The notes under the pieces were generated by a model. The model was not told the origin of the DNA, made no database searches, and saw only the letters and a list, made by a program, of their open reading frames with translations. Shown piece after piece: positions 1-9,565 of a stretch of DNA of 15,221 nt; position 1 is the first letter of the stretch; the number at the start of each line of letters is the position of its first letter. This stretch comes from Chlorokybus atmophyticus (taxonomy: Eukaryota > Plantae > Mesostigma and Chlorokybus algae): positions 365,150 to 380,370 of the forward strand of contig RHPI01002503.1 of the NCBI GenBank assembly GCA_009103225.1, read 5' to 3'. The translations under genes and the position numbers were made by a program.

Positions 1-132
1 CCGGGTCCTTTGCCCTTGCTTGTGCGGTTCTATCAAGCCTTGCTGTGCTTGTTTGCTTGACTGATTGGCCCCATCTGCTGTGTACTATGTTCCAGCACAG
101 TGAATGCAAGGCAACATGTCACATTTGTCACT

Positions 133-184
133 TGATGCGACTCACATCATGTGACAGTCACGATGTGACCTGCGAGTCGCATCA
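133..184. repeat. Nested quasi-palindrome (11-bp outer stem)
   Basis: TGATGCGACTC (133-143) is the exact reverse complement of GAGTCGCATCA (174-184). Inside it are ACATC/GATGT and GTGAC-A-GTCAC. Confidence 0.8.
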
Positions 185-235
185 TGCAACGTTACGGCGC
201 CAAACGTCACGCTGCGAACTACGCGGGCATGTCAG

Positions 236-1681
236 GTTTAGCAGCGGAGGCAGCGGTAGCGGCGGTGGCGGTGGCGGTGACTCTGGGGTTGGTGGCAAGC
301 TGAACCCTGGACTACATCAGGTGAGTGCCGCCGTTTCTTTTGCATGCTTTTGAGCGCAGTTGCAACGACAGTCGCCGTAAGCCGCCTTTTTTCTTCTCGC
401 AGACGTTGCCGGTCAGGCATTGTATCCAGCTCTGGTGGCCAACCAGCCTGTGGTGGGAGCAACCAGCGTGGCGGCCCCACAGCCCGCTCGCATGGAAAGA
501 ACAAGCAGTCGGAGGATTCAGGTGCATTGTGTGTGAGTGTCCGTTCGTGTCCGTGCGAATGCAAGGCAGTTGCAACTCACAGAGGACTAGGGATTGCCAT
601 GTTGTGGAAACATGTTGACACGACTTAATGATTATGCTGTTTATGAAACCCTCAATGCAACTGTAAGTCTCGGTTAATACCAGATGTGTCGGAGCATGAT
701 GAAGTCCCTACGTGCAAGCACAATGCAGTTGTAACTCACAGATGATGAAATTGCTGCTTTTGGTAACATGTTGAGATGTTCATGTCTGGTCATAACTTAC
801 CCTCAATGCAAGTGTAAGTAGTAACTCTTAACTTATATATGTGTCTGTTCTTGCAGTTTGCCTCTGTCTCCAAGCACCTGGGTCCGCACGACACTCTCAC
901 CAGCAGCCCGCCCATCCGCTGCGCTCCCTTTGACGCCTTGCGACCATTGAACGGGTGTCGCGGTGAGTACCACAGCGCCGTGAAGCACTCACGGCGCAAA
1001 GGAGTCCGGACGACTATCCGGGAGCTGCACTGCCGCCACTGCCCGGCCTCTCGGTTTGCGAACTTTGAGAAGCTCGTCCTTAAGACCTGTGTGGTGGAGC
1101 CCAACGCACGCGGGCAGTACTATCGACGCCCTTCCGACAGCAAATGGGTGCTGAACGGAAACCGAGACCTGAAGGAGGCCCTTGAGAAATGGCGCCTAGT
1201 AGAAGCGCCGCAGACCCAGACACAGACCCAGACACAGCCTCCACCTCGGACACAGCCACAGCCATCACCTCAGCCACATCCACAGCGACATTCTCATTTG
1301 CATCCCAACGTACACATGCAAATGCGAACAGCCAGCTCCCAGGCAGAAGCGCCGCCATCTTCGCCCCAGCCCCAGCCCCAGCCCCAGTCACAGCCACACA
1401 TCCAGCCAAAACTTGATGTGCAATCTTGGACTGACTGTCGCCGGGCAGATGCCGCACCACAGCCGCAGCCGCAGCTTTGGCCGCAGGCTCGTTTACAACG
1501 GGATGCGCAGACGCAGACGCGGCCGGAGGTGGAGCAGCTGCAAGCCTTTCAAATGCAGCAAGAAGCCTTCAACGCGCGCATGTGGGCTGCATGGCAGGAA
1601 GTTGCCACCACCATGTTGCGTGTTGAGCAGAGGGTGGAGGCCCTGCGCGTTGAGCAGCAAAAGCGCACATCACCAAGCTGA
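236..1681 (+). CDS. Spliced gene, uncharacterised protein (Gly-rich exon, Cys/His-rich domain, P/Q low-complexity tract, C-terminal coiled-coil-like segment); 5' end uncertain
   Basis: Donor CAG|GTGAGT at 320/321 (phase 0) and acceptor TTCTTGCAG|TTT at 856/857 (phase 0) join ...GGKLNPGLHQ to FASVSKHLG... in frame, across a 536-nt intron. The second exon is open to TGA at 1681. The first exon may start at acceptor TGTCAG| (235/236) or at an upstream in-frame ATG (87 or 135); this is not resolved. Confidence 0.7.
1211..1410 (+). repeat. Coding hexanucleotide repeats (CAGACC/CAGACA, CAGCCC) giving QTQTQT and PQPQPQ tracts
   Basis: Read directly in the sequence and the translation. Confidence 0.85.
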
Positions 1682-2612
1682 GCACCTGGTTGCAGATGCG
1701 GCAGGTATTGTATATACACTTGCACCTGACCATCAGCTGAGTTCAAGTACTGCTATATAGTAGCACGAACGCTGTGTCACAGTCGGTCAACCTCTCAACC
1801 TTTGGCAAAGGTAGTGTATCTCGTATAGTATACACATAGAGCCAAACTACTATGCAGGTCATAGATAGTACACAGTTGTGTTGTATATAGCTTTATGGTT
1901 GAAGCAGGTAAAATCATATGCACTAGTAGTATCTAAGGCTGTTCTGGCACCAAAGGTTTGTCAGGAGAATTGCATCACACTATCCGTTGTACACATGGCC
2001 GCAGCAACTCAGGGAGTTTTTGCCGTGCATGCCAAGGTCTACGGCCTTGGCACGGCTGACGAAACCCTACGTATGCAGTGGCAAAAGCAGCTGCGATAGC
2101 AGTTGTCGTGGTGGCGGAGGTAATGCATGCTTGCAGACTGACAGGGTTGGGCAGTAGAGTAGTGAAGTAGGTAGTAGTAGTAGGTAGTGTGTACCTAGCC
2201 CGGTGGTCGTGATAGAGGTAAGTGTGGTCGTGTCCATGCATGTGTCATGCATGTTGCATACATCACGAACATGTTCTGTACACATGTACATGGTATGTTA
2301 ACTGTCCGAACATCACACCACAAAGTCATTCCACCCGCTCCAACACGCAGCACGCTGACATAAACGCCACGCACCCAGGCATCCTTTTCATGAAATGCCA
2401 TTGAAAGATCGCCCCAATCACTTATGAAACAAGCAAGCCCTTACATGTCAAACGAATGTGCACGTAAACTAACATATCAGTGCATTAATGGACCACAGGT
2501 ATTGAACAACATGCTGTGACGCATGTGTACAGAAGATGCCAGCTACAAAACGCACATGCAAGTGAACTCGCAGTCACGTGACATGTGCAGAAGCGCAAAT
2601 GCAAGTCTCTGG

Positions 2613-3164
2613 CTGCACAAACATGCATGGAACACTTGCCCCACATCTAGCACTGCACAACTAGCACTACACGTGATGTACAAACAATGCGGGGCGTGCT
2701 TGCTCAAGCATCGTGTCATGCATATGTCATCACGCAGACAGCAACCAGCAGGCGCACACTGTCACATATTTACAACCACCGGGCTACACTACTACATCTA
2801 GGCCCACAACTACATCACCACCCCGTTAGTCATGCATGTCCGCGCACAAGCATAATAGTCTCAATGCAACACCCGTCAGCTGTAAGCAATGAGTTGGAAA
2901 GGGCAATTAACAGTCCACCGGCGCTGTACAAACATCATGGACACTACCCTACATCAAGCACTGCACAACCAGCACTGCACTCAATGTCAGTGCGCACAAG
3001 CATAATACACTACAGCTTCTACGCGACAGCTAACAGCCAAACGAAGGCTGATGCAAACCGTCATACAACAATTAATGACAACACGCACGGGGGCACTACA
3101 CACTCTCTACAGTTGCTACGCATGACATTACATGACAGCTAACAGCCAACCAAAGGCTGATGCA
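2613..3164. repeat. Patchwork of short imperfect direct repeats downstream of the lipase-like gene
   Basis: 2613-2672 matches 2924-2980 (about 60 nt); 2836-2857 matches 2984-3007; 3025-3055 matches 3134-3164 (31 nt, 2 differences). Confidence 0.8.
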
Positions 3165-3189
3165 CCCCAGCACACCACACCTCGCGTCG

Positions 3190-6100
3190 TCAGGAGGTGT
3201 CCTCTTCATTTACTTCCTCCAGCACCTCCAGCAGGCGATACTCATACTCGGATGGCAGGTGATCGCTGAGAGCGAATGGAAGCAACAACAGGCGCGTCAT
3301 GAAACGCAGCAGCTGTCCACGCCACAGGCTTTGAAGCAGCGGAATGCCAGTCGCTGTAATCATGTTTCTGCTGTACGTGCGCCTGAAGTAGCGCTCCCCA
3401 TCCGAGATGTGGTCCGACCAATGGAGCTCCCCGTACGGATCAAAGTACCTCACGTTCTTGGAGTGACGGTCGCCACGATGTGCGGGCATGAGGGTCACGA
3501 GATCAATGTTGTTGACATATCTGTACATGCGACCTCCCAAGCGCAGCTCAAAGTTCTCCACAAAGTCGGCTTTGCCGGTGAACGGCTGACCGAACGTGAA
3601 CACACCCAGGAGCGATTTGTCTATGTCAGGGGCTTGCAGCGCAAGAGACAAGGCAAACACCGCTGCTACCGCCGCTCCACTGCCGTGGCCGGTGACAAAG
3701 AGAGGACGCTGAGGGCTTTCGGCATCCAGCTGTCGCAGAGTAGCCACAAGCTCATGAAAAGGGGTATCCTCTGTCTCGTCGTCAAACACATAGCGGCCAT
3801 GCAGCATGCTGTACGGCTCTTGACGCACAGTGCCCATGCCGCTGCGCTCCACGCACTTGGCGTCCGTGCTGGAAAGCAGGCCTGGTGCTCCTGGGAAGGC
3901 CACAACGACGGCGCGCTCGCTGGCCAGCACCACCACCATGTTTCTTCTATGGTTGGTTGTTAGCGCCATGAGCAGCTGCATCTTCCAGACATTCTCCGCT
4001 ACATCGCGCACGACAACCCCCTCCTCGTACGCCAGCTTGCAGGTCATCAGGAGGAAGTGCGCGTTCAATGGATGATCAACTTCAGAACGAGGCATCGAAT
4101 TGGAGATGGTGTGTGGCCGCAGACGTGGGAACAGCATTGCACTGTATGGCAGCTGATAGCTTGGCTTGGGTAGGTTCAACAGCGCCACAGGCACACCAAA
4201 AACAGATTCCCCGGTGCTCGGGAGATGCCCACCTGCATCCGACAAGTTGTGTAAGGACGTATTCCACACATCACCCTCAACCTGTACAGATGCAGTTGAT
4301 GCAATCATCACCTTGGAAGAGACAGACAATGGCTCTTAGGCGCAGGATAATAGCTTGCGCGAGCCGCGAGATGAGTGGAAAGCTTGTGAAAAAGTACAAC
4401 AGTGGCAGGATGACCCGCACAAGCAAGAACAAGTACACACGCTGCCACAAGGACAGCGCGAATGGCACTGGTCGCTGCTGCAGGGCATGGTCGGGATTGT
4501 ACAGTTCAATAGCCTTCTCTGCATGTAGCTCCTGCACAAACACCACCATGTAAGTGACAACGCGGATGTGCTGGCAACCTTTGCGATGCAAGTTTATCAG
4601 GCTCATTGTCATGCGCATCTGAAGCCACAGCGTTTCAATGAACATACCTTTACATGCAGGACACCGATGTCGCCTGTTCTGATGCGCTGCAGTGGAGCTT
4701 CAGGAGTAGAGACTGGAGGGGTAGCGAACCGCTGCTCAAGTTCAGGCTGTGGAGCCAAGTCAGATGAAAGGCGTAACCGCATTGGTGGCACATCAGCGAT
4801 GGATGGTGTCGACACCTCTGGTGCAGGCTCGTGGTCTATGTCATCTGCGTGCTCTGCGTGTGCTTGCTTATCGCTGTCAACGACATGTAGGTCGTAAGCT
4901 GGAGGTAGACGAACACGTGGTGGAGAAATTTGAGCTGGCATGTCTCTTGCGCCAGCTGGCGCTTCACGTGCAACTGGCCTAGCCAATACTTCAGCACTTC
5001 GTTCTTCGAAACTGCCTTCTTCTCCTGGCCAGTTGGGTTTGACAGGCCTGCCAGAATAACCGACGTCTGATTGTGGGAGTTGATTAAGACGTTCCCATGT
5101 TGTGTGTGTTGGGTAGCTGTGGGTTTTGCACATGTGCAACAGAAATTCACGTATGCAGGCTGTTGAGGTGACTCACAAAAGAACAGTTGCTGGGCTCCAA
5201 CAGGCATCCCGCCGTCTGTTGTATGAGTTTTGATTTGCATATCACAGGCAAGCGGTAACACTCACCAGAGGCAAGGCAGTACAAGCTTGCATGTGCAAAT
5301 ATGTTAACCGGCAAGCACTTACATTGGGATTGCTAAATGCTGCCAGCCTCGACCGCCATGCATGCGCATCTCTGGTGCGTCCACTTGTTCGAGGTCATCA
5401 ACATCATCCCACCGCATGTGCCTGAGTACATAACAACACAAGTCAACACACAAGCCTACAAGCACATGCACTCGGACGCATCCACATGCCAAACAGATTC
5501 GCACAAGAGTTCCTTCACGAGACTGTAGCTAGCCTAGGGCAGTGTCTCCACCGTGACTGCAAGCTGACCCAACAACAAACGACAGAGTAGCCAAAGGATA
5601 GTAGAAGGGGGTAATGTCCGTGGCGCAAAGGCTCTTGAAGAACAGACTACTCAAATGACTGACTGACCGATCGCCAGGGCAACCCCAACACGCAAAGCAG
5701 CATCTGCCGACCGCTTTAGGCAGCGGCCGTGGTGATGGTCGGCCTGGCGTTCGTTTTTGGCGAGCTGGCAGCATTCGACGCAGTCCTCGTCACAAGTGCT
5801 GAACGCTGCTTGCAGCCGGTGGAGGTTGTAAGCTGCCGGCTGGCCGTGGTAGCATGCTCTGCTGTTGGAATGCAGCATGTGTATGTGCGGCGAGCTAGAT
5901 TCGCCTGTCCTGGACAAGACTTAAGACCACCCACTCATTCACCCACACCAAAACCCGTCGACCAAGTCCCACCCTATAGACGTACCTGCGTGCATCCTCG
6001 ATAGGTAGCAGCACCTTGCTCACACCCCCCCTCAGCTCGCCCAATGTGAGCTCAACTACGCGGCGCACCCATCTACGCGGTGAGTCCCACACACGCAAGG

Positions 6101-6217
6101 CAGCATCCGCAGTCAGAATCCGTCCATCAGCAGGCAATTGCTCAGGCACCCAATCAATAAGGACAGATCTAAGCTTGCTGCATCCAACACAGGCGCTGCT
6201 GCTATCCACACGAAGCG
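3190..6217 (-). CDS. Class-3 lipase-fold protein (plant oil-body-lipase-like) with PH-like N-terminal region and hydrophobic segment; nucleophile Ser absent
   Basis: Exons 6217-5986, 5421-5323, 5215-5177, 5116-4648, 4531-4312 and 4232-3190 have GT-AG introns with matching phases (2,2,2,0,1). Lipase_3-like motifs: LMTCKLAYE...V...W.M, FVTGHGSGAAVA, FTFGQPFTG, YRYVNNIDLVTLMP, ALSDHLP..Y. The lipase exons are high confidence. The join 5986->5421 rests on phase match and a coherent PH-like pattern; an alternative start is the ATG at 5417. Confidence 0.85.
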
Positions 6218-6341
6218 CTGACACTCTCAACCTGTGTTGCTAATGCCAGCAACAACCAATGATGTCTACTCATCCCCATGCCACGACTGTGACAGCTGCA
6301 AATATTTCTGACGTCACTGTAACACACACTGACAAGCTCAC

Positions 6342-6751
6342 CTGGTCGCCCCCAACAAGCCGCCACCACACTGCCGCCGCCGCCAGCGCCTGCTGTTAGT
6401 GCAGCAGCATGCGTTAAGCTCGAGGCAGCGTTCGTATTTTCATACTGTGACAGGCCGGGATGATCGGGGTCGAGAAGGACGGGTTTTCCTTGGGCAGAAG
6501 GGGTATCTGTCGATTAGGTTCTGTGGCCTGGCCCGGCAGGCCGCAGCTTGGCCAGGCCAAGCCAGGCGCTGATCTGGCAGAGCAGATGCTTTGTGTGGTA
6601 TGCATTGAAAGGTGCTCTATACACAAGAACACACGCGTGTGCATGCATACAAAACACATCGACTTCTATGCTTACACTGACTACTAAATCCGACGAGGGA
6701 ATATGGTGTGAAATGTCGCCGTGGCTCACTTGGCAGCCAACGGGACCCCAT
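6342..6751 (-). CDS. Candidate first two exons of the lipase-like gene (6751-6676, 6506-6342)
   Basis: ATG at 6751, donors GTAAGC (6675) and GTGAGC (6341), acceptors CGACAG (6507) and TGTCAG (6218). All are phase 1 and would give a complete 780-aa ORF. A competing acceptor at 6232 in another phase makes this uncertain. Confidence 0.4.
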
Positions 6752-6959
6752 GAAGACGTGGACAAGGTGTGCTGTGCTCTGTTGTGTCGCTATAGTTGTT
6801 TACGGCAGATTGCCCTTGTCTTCAAAACACTGCATGTAACCTTGCATCATGTGCGTTGATTGATTCTGGGCACATTTTGCGCACTGTTTCGGCTGTTGCT
6901 CAGCATGCCTGCGTTTCCCGCGAACTTCATTGACTATTCTTGCCGACCACGCCTCTGCT

Positions 6960-8449
6960 ATGCTTGCACTCTTGTGCGTGACACGCGGTAACTTGAGCTC
7001 CGCACTTCATGATGACAACTCTGCTTCGGTTGCGCAGCTGATTGCAGAGGCTGAGCGTCGCATTAGGGACTCCGAATTTGCCCTTGCTTGGCATCAAGGT
7101 AGGAAGTAGCCCTACTCATAAAATTCAGCTGCATAGAGAGTTCATACGGACATCATTGCACCAACTCTCAAAACATGCATTACACTGAGCTGTGCTTGCG
7201 ATCTAAATGCTTCAGCTGAAGAAGACGACCAGTCAGTTTTGGATGCTGAGGAGACGCCAGGGAGCAGCAGGACCGACAGCCCCGTTAGCTTCAGCCGCAG
7301 CACCTCAGCTGGTGCGTGCTGAGTTGACCACAATCATGCAACCGCATTGCACTCCGATGCAGCACCGGACACAGTCAGTGACTCCGCATGCTTCATCATG
7401 TACTTGACATCGTGCATGCTTAGCTTTGCATTCACATACTGGATACTTTTTGTCCTTTGTGGCAGCTAGTATTGTGAAGTCGTTCAACCTGGGGAATGTT
7501 ATCATAAAATTCTGCTCAACCTGCATGTTGCAACAGATCTGAGAACACTTCCGCACAGTGGAGTAGATGCTGGTAGCATTATCGCGGGTGGCCCTGCAGC
7601 GCACGACATCGCAGCAGCTGAAGAGGCGTATCGCAAGGCCAAGCATGCCCTTGAGCAGCAGGACCTTGACTCCGCGGCGTCACATCTTTACACTGCGCTT
7701 GCGGCCTGCCCACCTCACAAAGCACGGGCCATTGCCAAGGTGTGTTCGCCTTGTTAGCATGCGGCCATGTCATTGCACGTGTGGTGCCACACAATGTGTG
7801 CTACGCAGACTGAAAGGGCTGAGTTGAGTGCACATAACTGCTGCTATGCTGCATGCCGTTGCATCAGTGGCTCAGCACATGTGCTTGTGTGGTGAAGGCA
7901 TGCACAGCATGTGGCCAGAGTACATTCGATGCACATGCTATGTGGGTTCGCAGTCAAGGGCATTGCGCTGTTTGACATGCATTGCGCTGTGTGCCTGATT
8001 GCGCCTCGACGCAAGAACATGTACCACGCAACTTGCAGTTGCGTGGTACACGTTCTCCTCTTGCGTTTGTGCTGTCCTATACTTGGCAATCCTTGTTTGC
8101 ATAGACAAGGTGTTCGTCAAACTGATGCCAATGCCCTCATGGTTACTCGCAGGTGAAGCGTCTACTGGCATTCACTGAAACACTTGTTGCAGAGGTGCAG
8201 TCTCATTCGCTCGCACGGGACTCGACGTCCTGCCCCGGTTTCAACAGCTCTTACGAGCAAGGGGTGGCTACTCTCGTTGCTGGCAGGCCCGCCGATGCCC
8301 TCCCACACCTTCGTGCCGCAGCGATGGCGTGTCCACCAGGCAACGCAGCAGCTGTGGCGCGTGTTCAACGCCTTGTTGATATTGTTAAAGCGCAGTTGCA
8401 AGCCTCCAATGCAAAAGCTGCAAATGACAGCAAACCCGGCTGGGGCTAA
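6960..8449 (+). CDS. Four-exon gene, about 244-aa protein with two TPR-like helical units
   Basis: Exons 6960-7098, 7216-7311, 7537-7739 and 8153-8449 have GT-AG introns with matching phases 1,1,0; total 735 nt ending in TAA. Internal duplication: AEEAYRKAKHALEQQDLDSAASHLYTALAACPPHKARAIAKVKRLL vs NSSYEQGVATLVAGRPADALPHLRAAAMACPPGNAAAVARVQRLV. The start codon is uncertain. Confidence 0.75.
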
Positions 8450-8490
8450 ACCAGTATGTGTGCTACTATATGTGATAGGATATGGGAATC

Positions 8491-8751
8491 AAGCGTGTCA
8501 CCACCCACTTTCATCTGACTGTCTCATGAGTTGCTCACTTTTGCCAACATAAATAAGAAGTGTTCGATGAGTAACGGCCTGTCACCATATGCATATATTG
8601 CGATGTTAATGATACATGGATTGCCCAAGTTCATCCGTGCAATTAAGCGTGTCGCCACCCTTTTTCAATCAACGGTCTCAAGAGTTACTCACTTTGGCCA
8701 ACATAACCAAGGATTGGTCTTGAGTAACAGCCTATTACCATGTGCATATAT
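8491..8751. repeat. Diverged direct duplication, two units of about 108 nt at 154-nt spacing
   Basis: 8491-8598 aligns with 8645-8751 almost without gaps (AAGCGTGTC...GTCTCA.GAGTT.CTCACTTT.GCCAACATAA...TGAGTAAC.GCCT.T.ACCAT.TGCATATAT). Confidence 0.9.
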
Positions 8752-8867
8752 CAAAATGCCAAGAGATATTCGCAGTCCTCGCAAATCAATCATGACAACT
8801 ACATCATTGCATGTTGTCCTTTAATATTGTTGACACACGGCATAACACATTATAATATGACGTGATA

Positions 8868-9565
8868 TGTGACGTGCTGCAGGTGAACGACAGCAGATTG
8901 TCATGCCATCTACCCTCGCATGCCAGTCCTTCTCGAGCAGGCCTACACCCAGCCCCATGCCCGGGCTACCGGCATGAAGACCGCGCGAGCCCCAGCCTAC
9001 TGCTAGCTACTGTATCACTCATGTAGCATGTAGCTAGGGCTACTTTATAGACCTGTCTGTAGGGACCGCGCGTAGCTGATCAGTTGTAAGTCTGTTAAGA
9101 ACACATGTGCTATATCGAGTCTTAGGAGATTTCCGAAATAGCATGAGGCCTCGATGTGACCGTTGGCCTAGTGCCCGCGTGGCACTGCACGGTCATGATT
9201 TGACATGTATAAGTAGAAAGTCACGTCACCAGACTGGCTGGTGACACTGTAAGTGAGTACTGTGAGTACAAGGAGTACTAAGAAGTAAAGACTCTGTTTC
9301 TAAAGAGCTTGTGAAGCGACTTGAACTGGAAGCACGCTGCCCCAGTTGCCAAGAATTCCCTTACTGCGTGAGACACGGTGCATGCTCTTGTGCGCTGTGC
9401 CTGTCATTGCTGTGAGCTTGTCGGTGGTGTGTTGTTTCAGTAGTCAGGGTGTTGTATCCACGTGTTGCACACTCATTCACCTCACTTAACAGTGTATCAT
9501 TCTATCCACTCATGCAAAGAACTGTGTCCACAGCACTACCTATCGTAGTGGCTTGTTGACTTACA
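8868..9565 (+). repeat. Candidate 5' LTR (698 bp, TGTGACG...GACTTACA)
   Basis: TGT/ACA termini, TATAAG at 9208, AGTAAA poly(A)-like signal at 9284, and a right end defined by the self-complementary PBS arrangement. Only one copy is present, so the boundaries are inferred; the left end could alternatively be the TG at 8858. Confidence 0.65.
9208..9289 (+). promoter_or_regulatory. LTR TATA-like box (9208-9213), predicted transcription start near 9240, poly(A)-like AGTAAA (9284-9289)
   Basis: The motifs and their spacing are seen directly. The function is inferred from standard U3-R-U5 organisation. Confidence 0.5.

Noticed and set aside
1878-2404. Short ORFs on both strands between genes 1 and 2
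   Set aside because: No recognisable motifs or consistent splice chain; composition resembles UTR or intergenic DNA.
3160-3963. 267-aa + strand ORF
   Set aside because: Antisense shadow of the lipase exon; no motifs or splice support.
4282-4311. 30-nt GT...AG intron in the lipase gene
   Set aside because: Too short and it leads to an immediate stop. The 79-nt intron 4311-4233 restores the frame.
5651-5934. Two - strand ORFs (88 and 72 aa) as a separate gene or extra exons
   Set aside because: They fall inside the 564-nt intron of the simpler phase-consistent model. Not fully excluded without RNA data.
5986-6140. WD40-like reading of DGRILTADAALRVWD
   Set aside because: Only one partial repeat. 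The sequence continues better as PH-like strands once spliced to 5421.
6460-6859. + strand ORFs as upstream exons of gene 3
   Set aside because: Candidate donors do not match the phase of the available acceptor at 6903, and they overlap the more coherent - strand exons.
9486-9500. TTAACA-GTGTATCA as a degenerate tRNA-Met PBS
   Set aside because: It lacks the TGG complementary to CCA and diverges immediately after TATCA.
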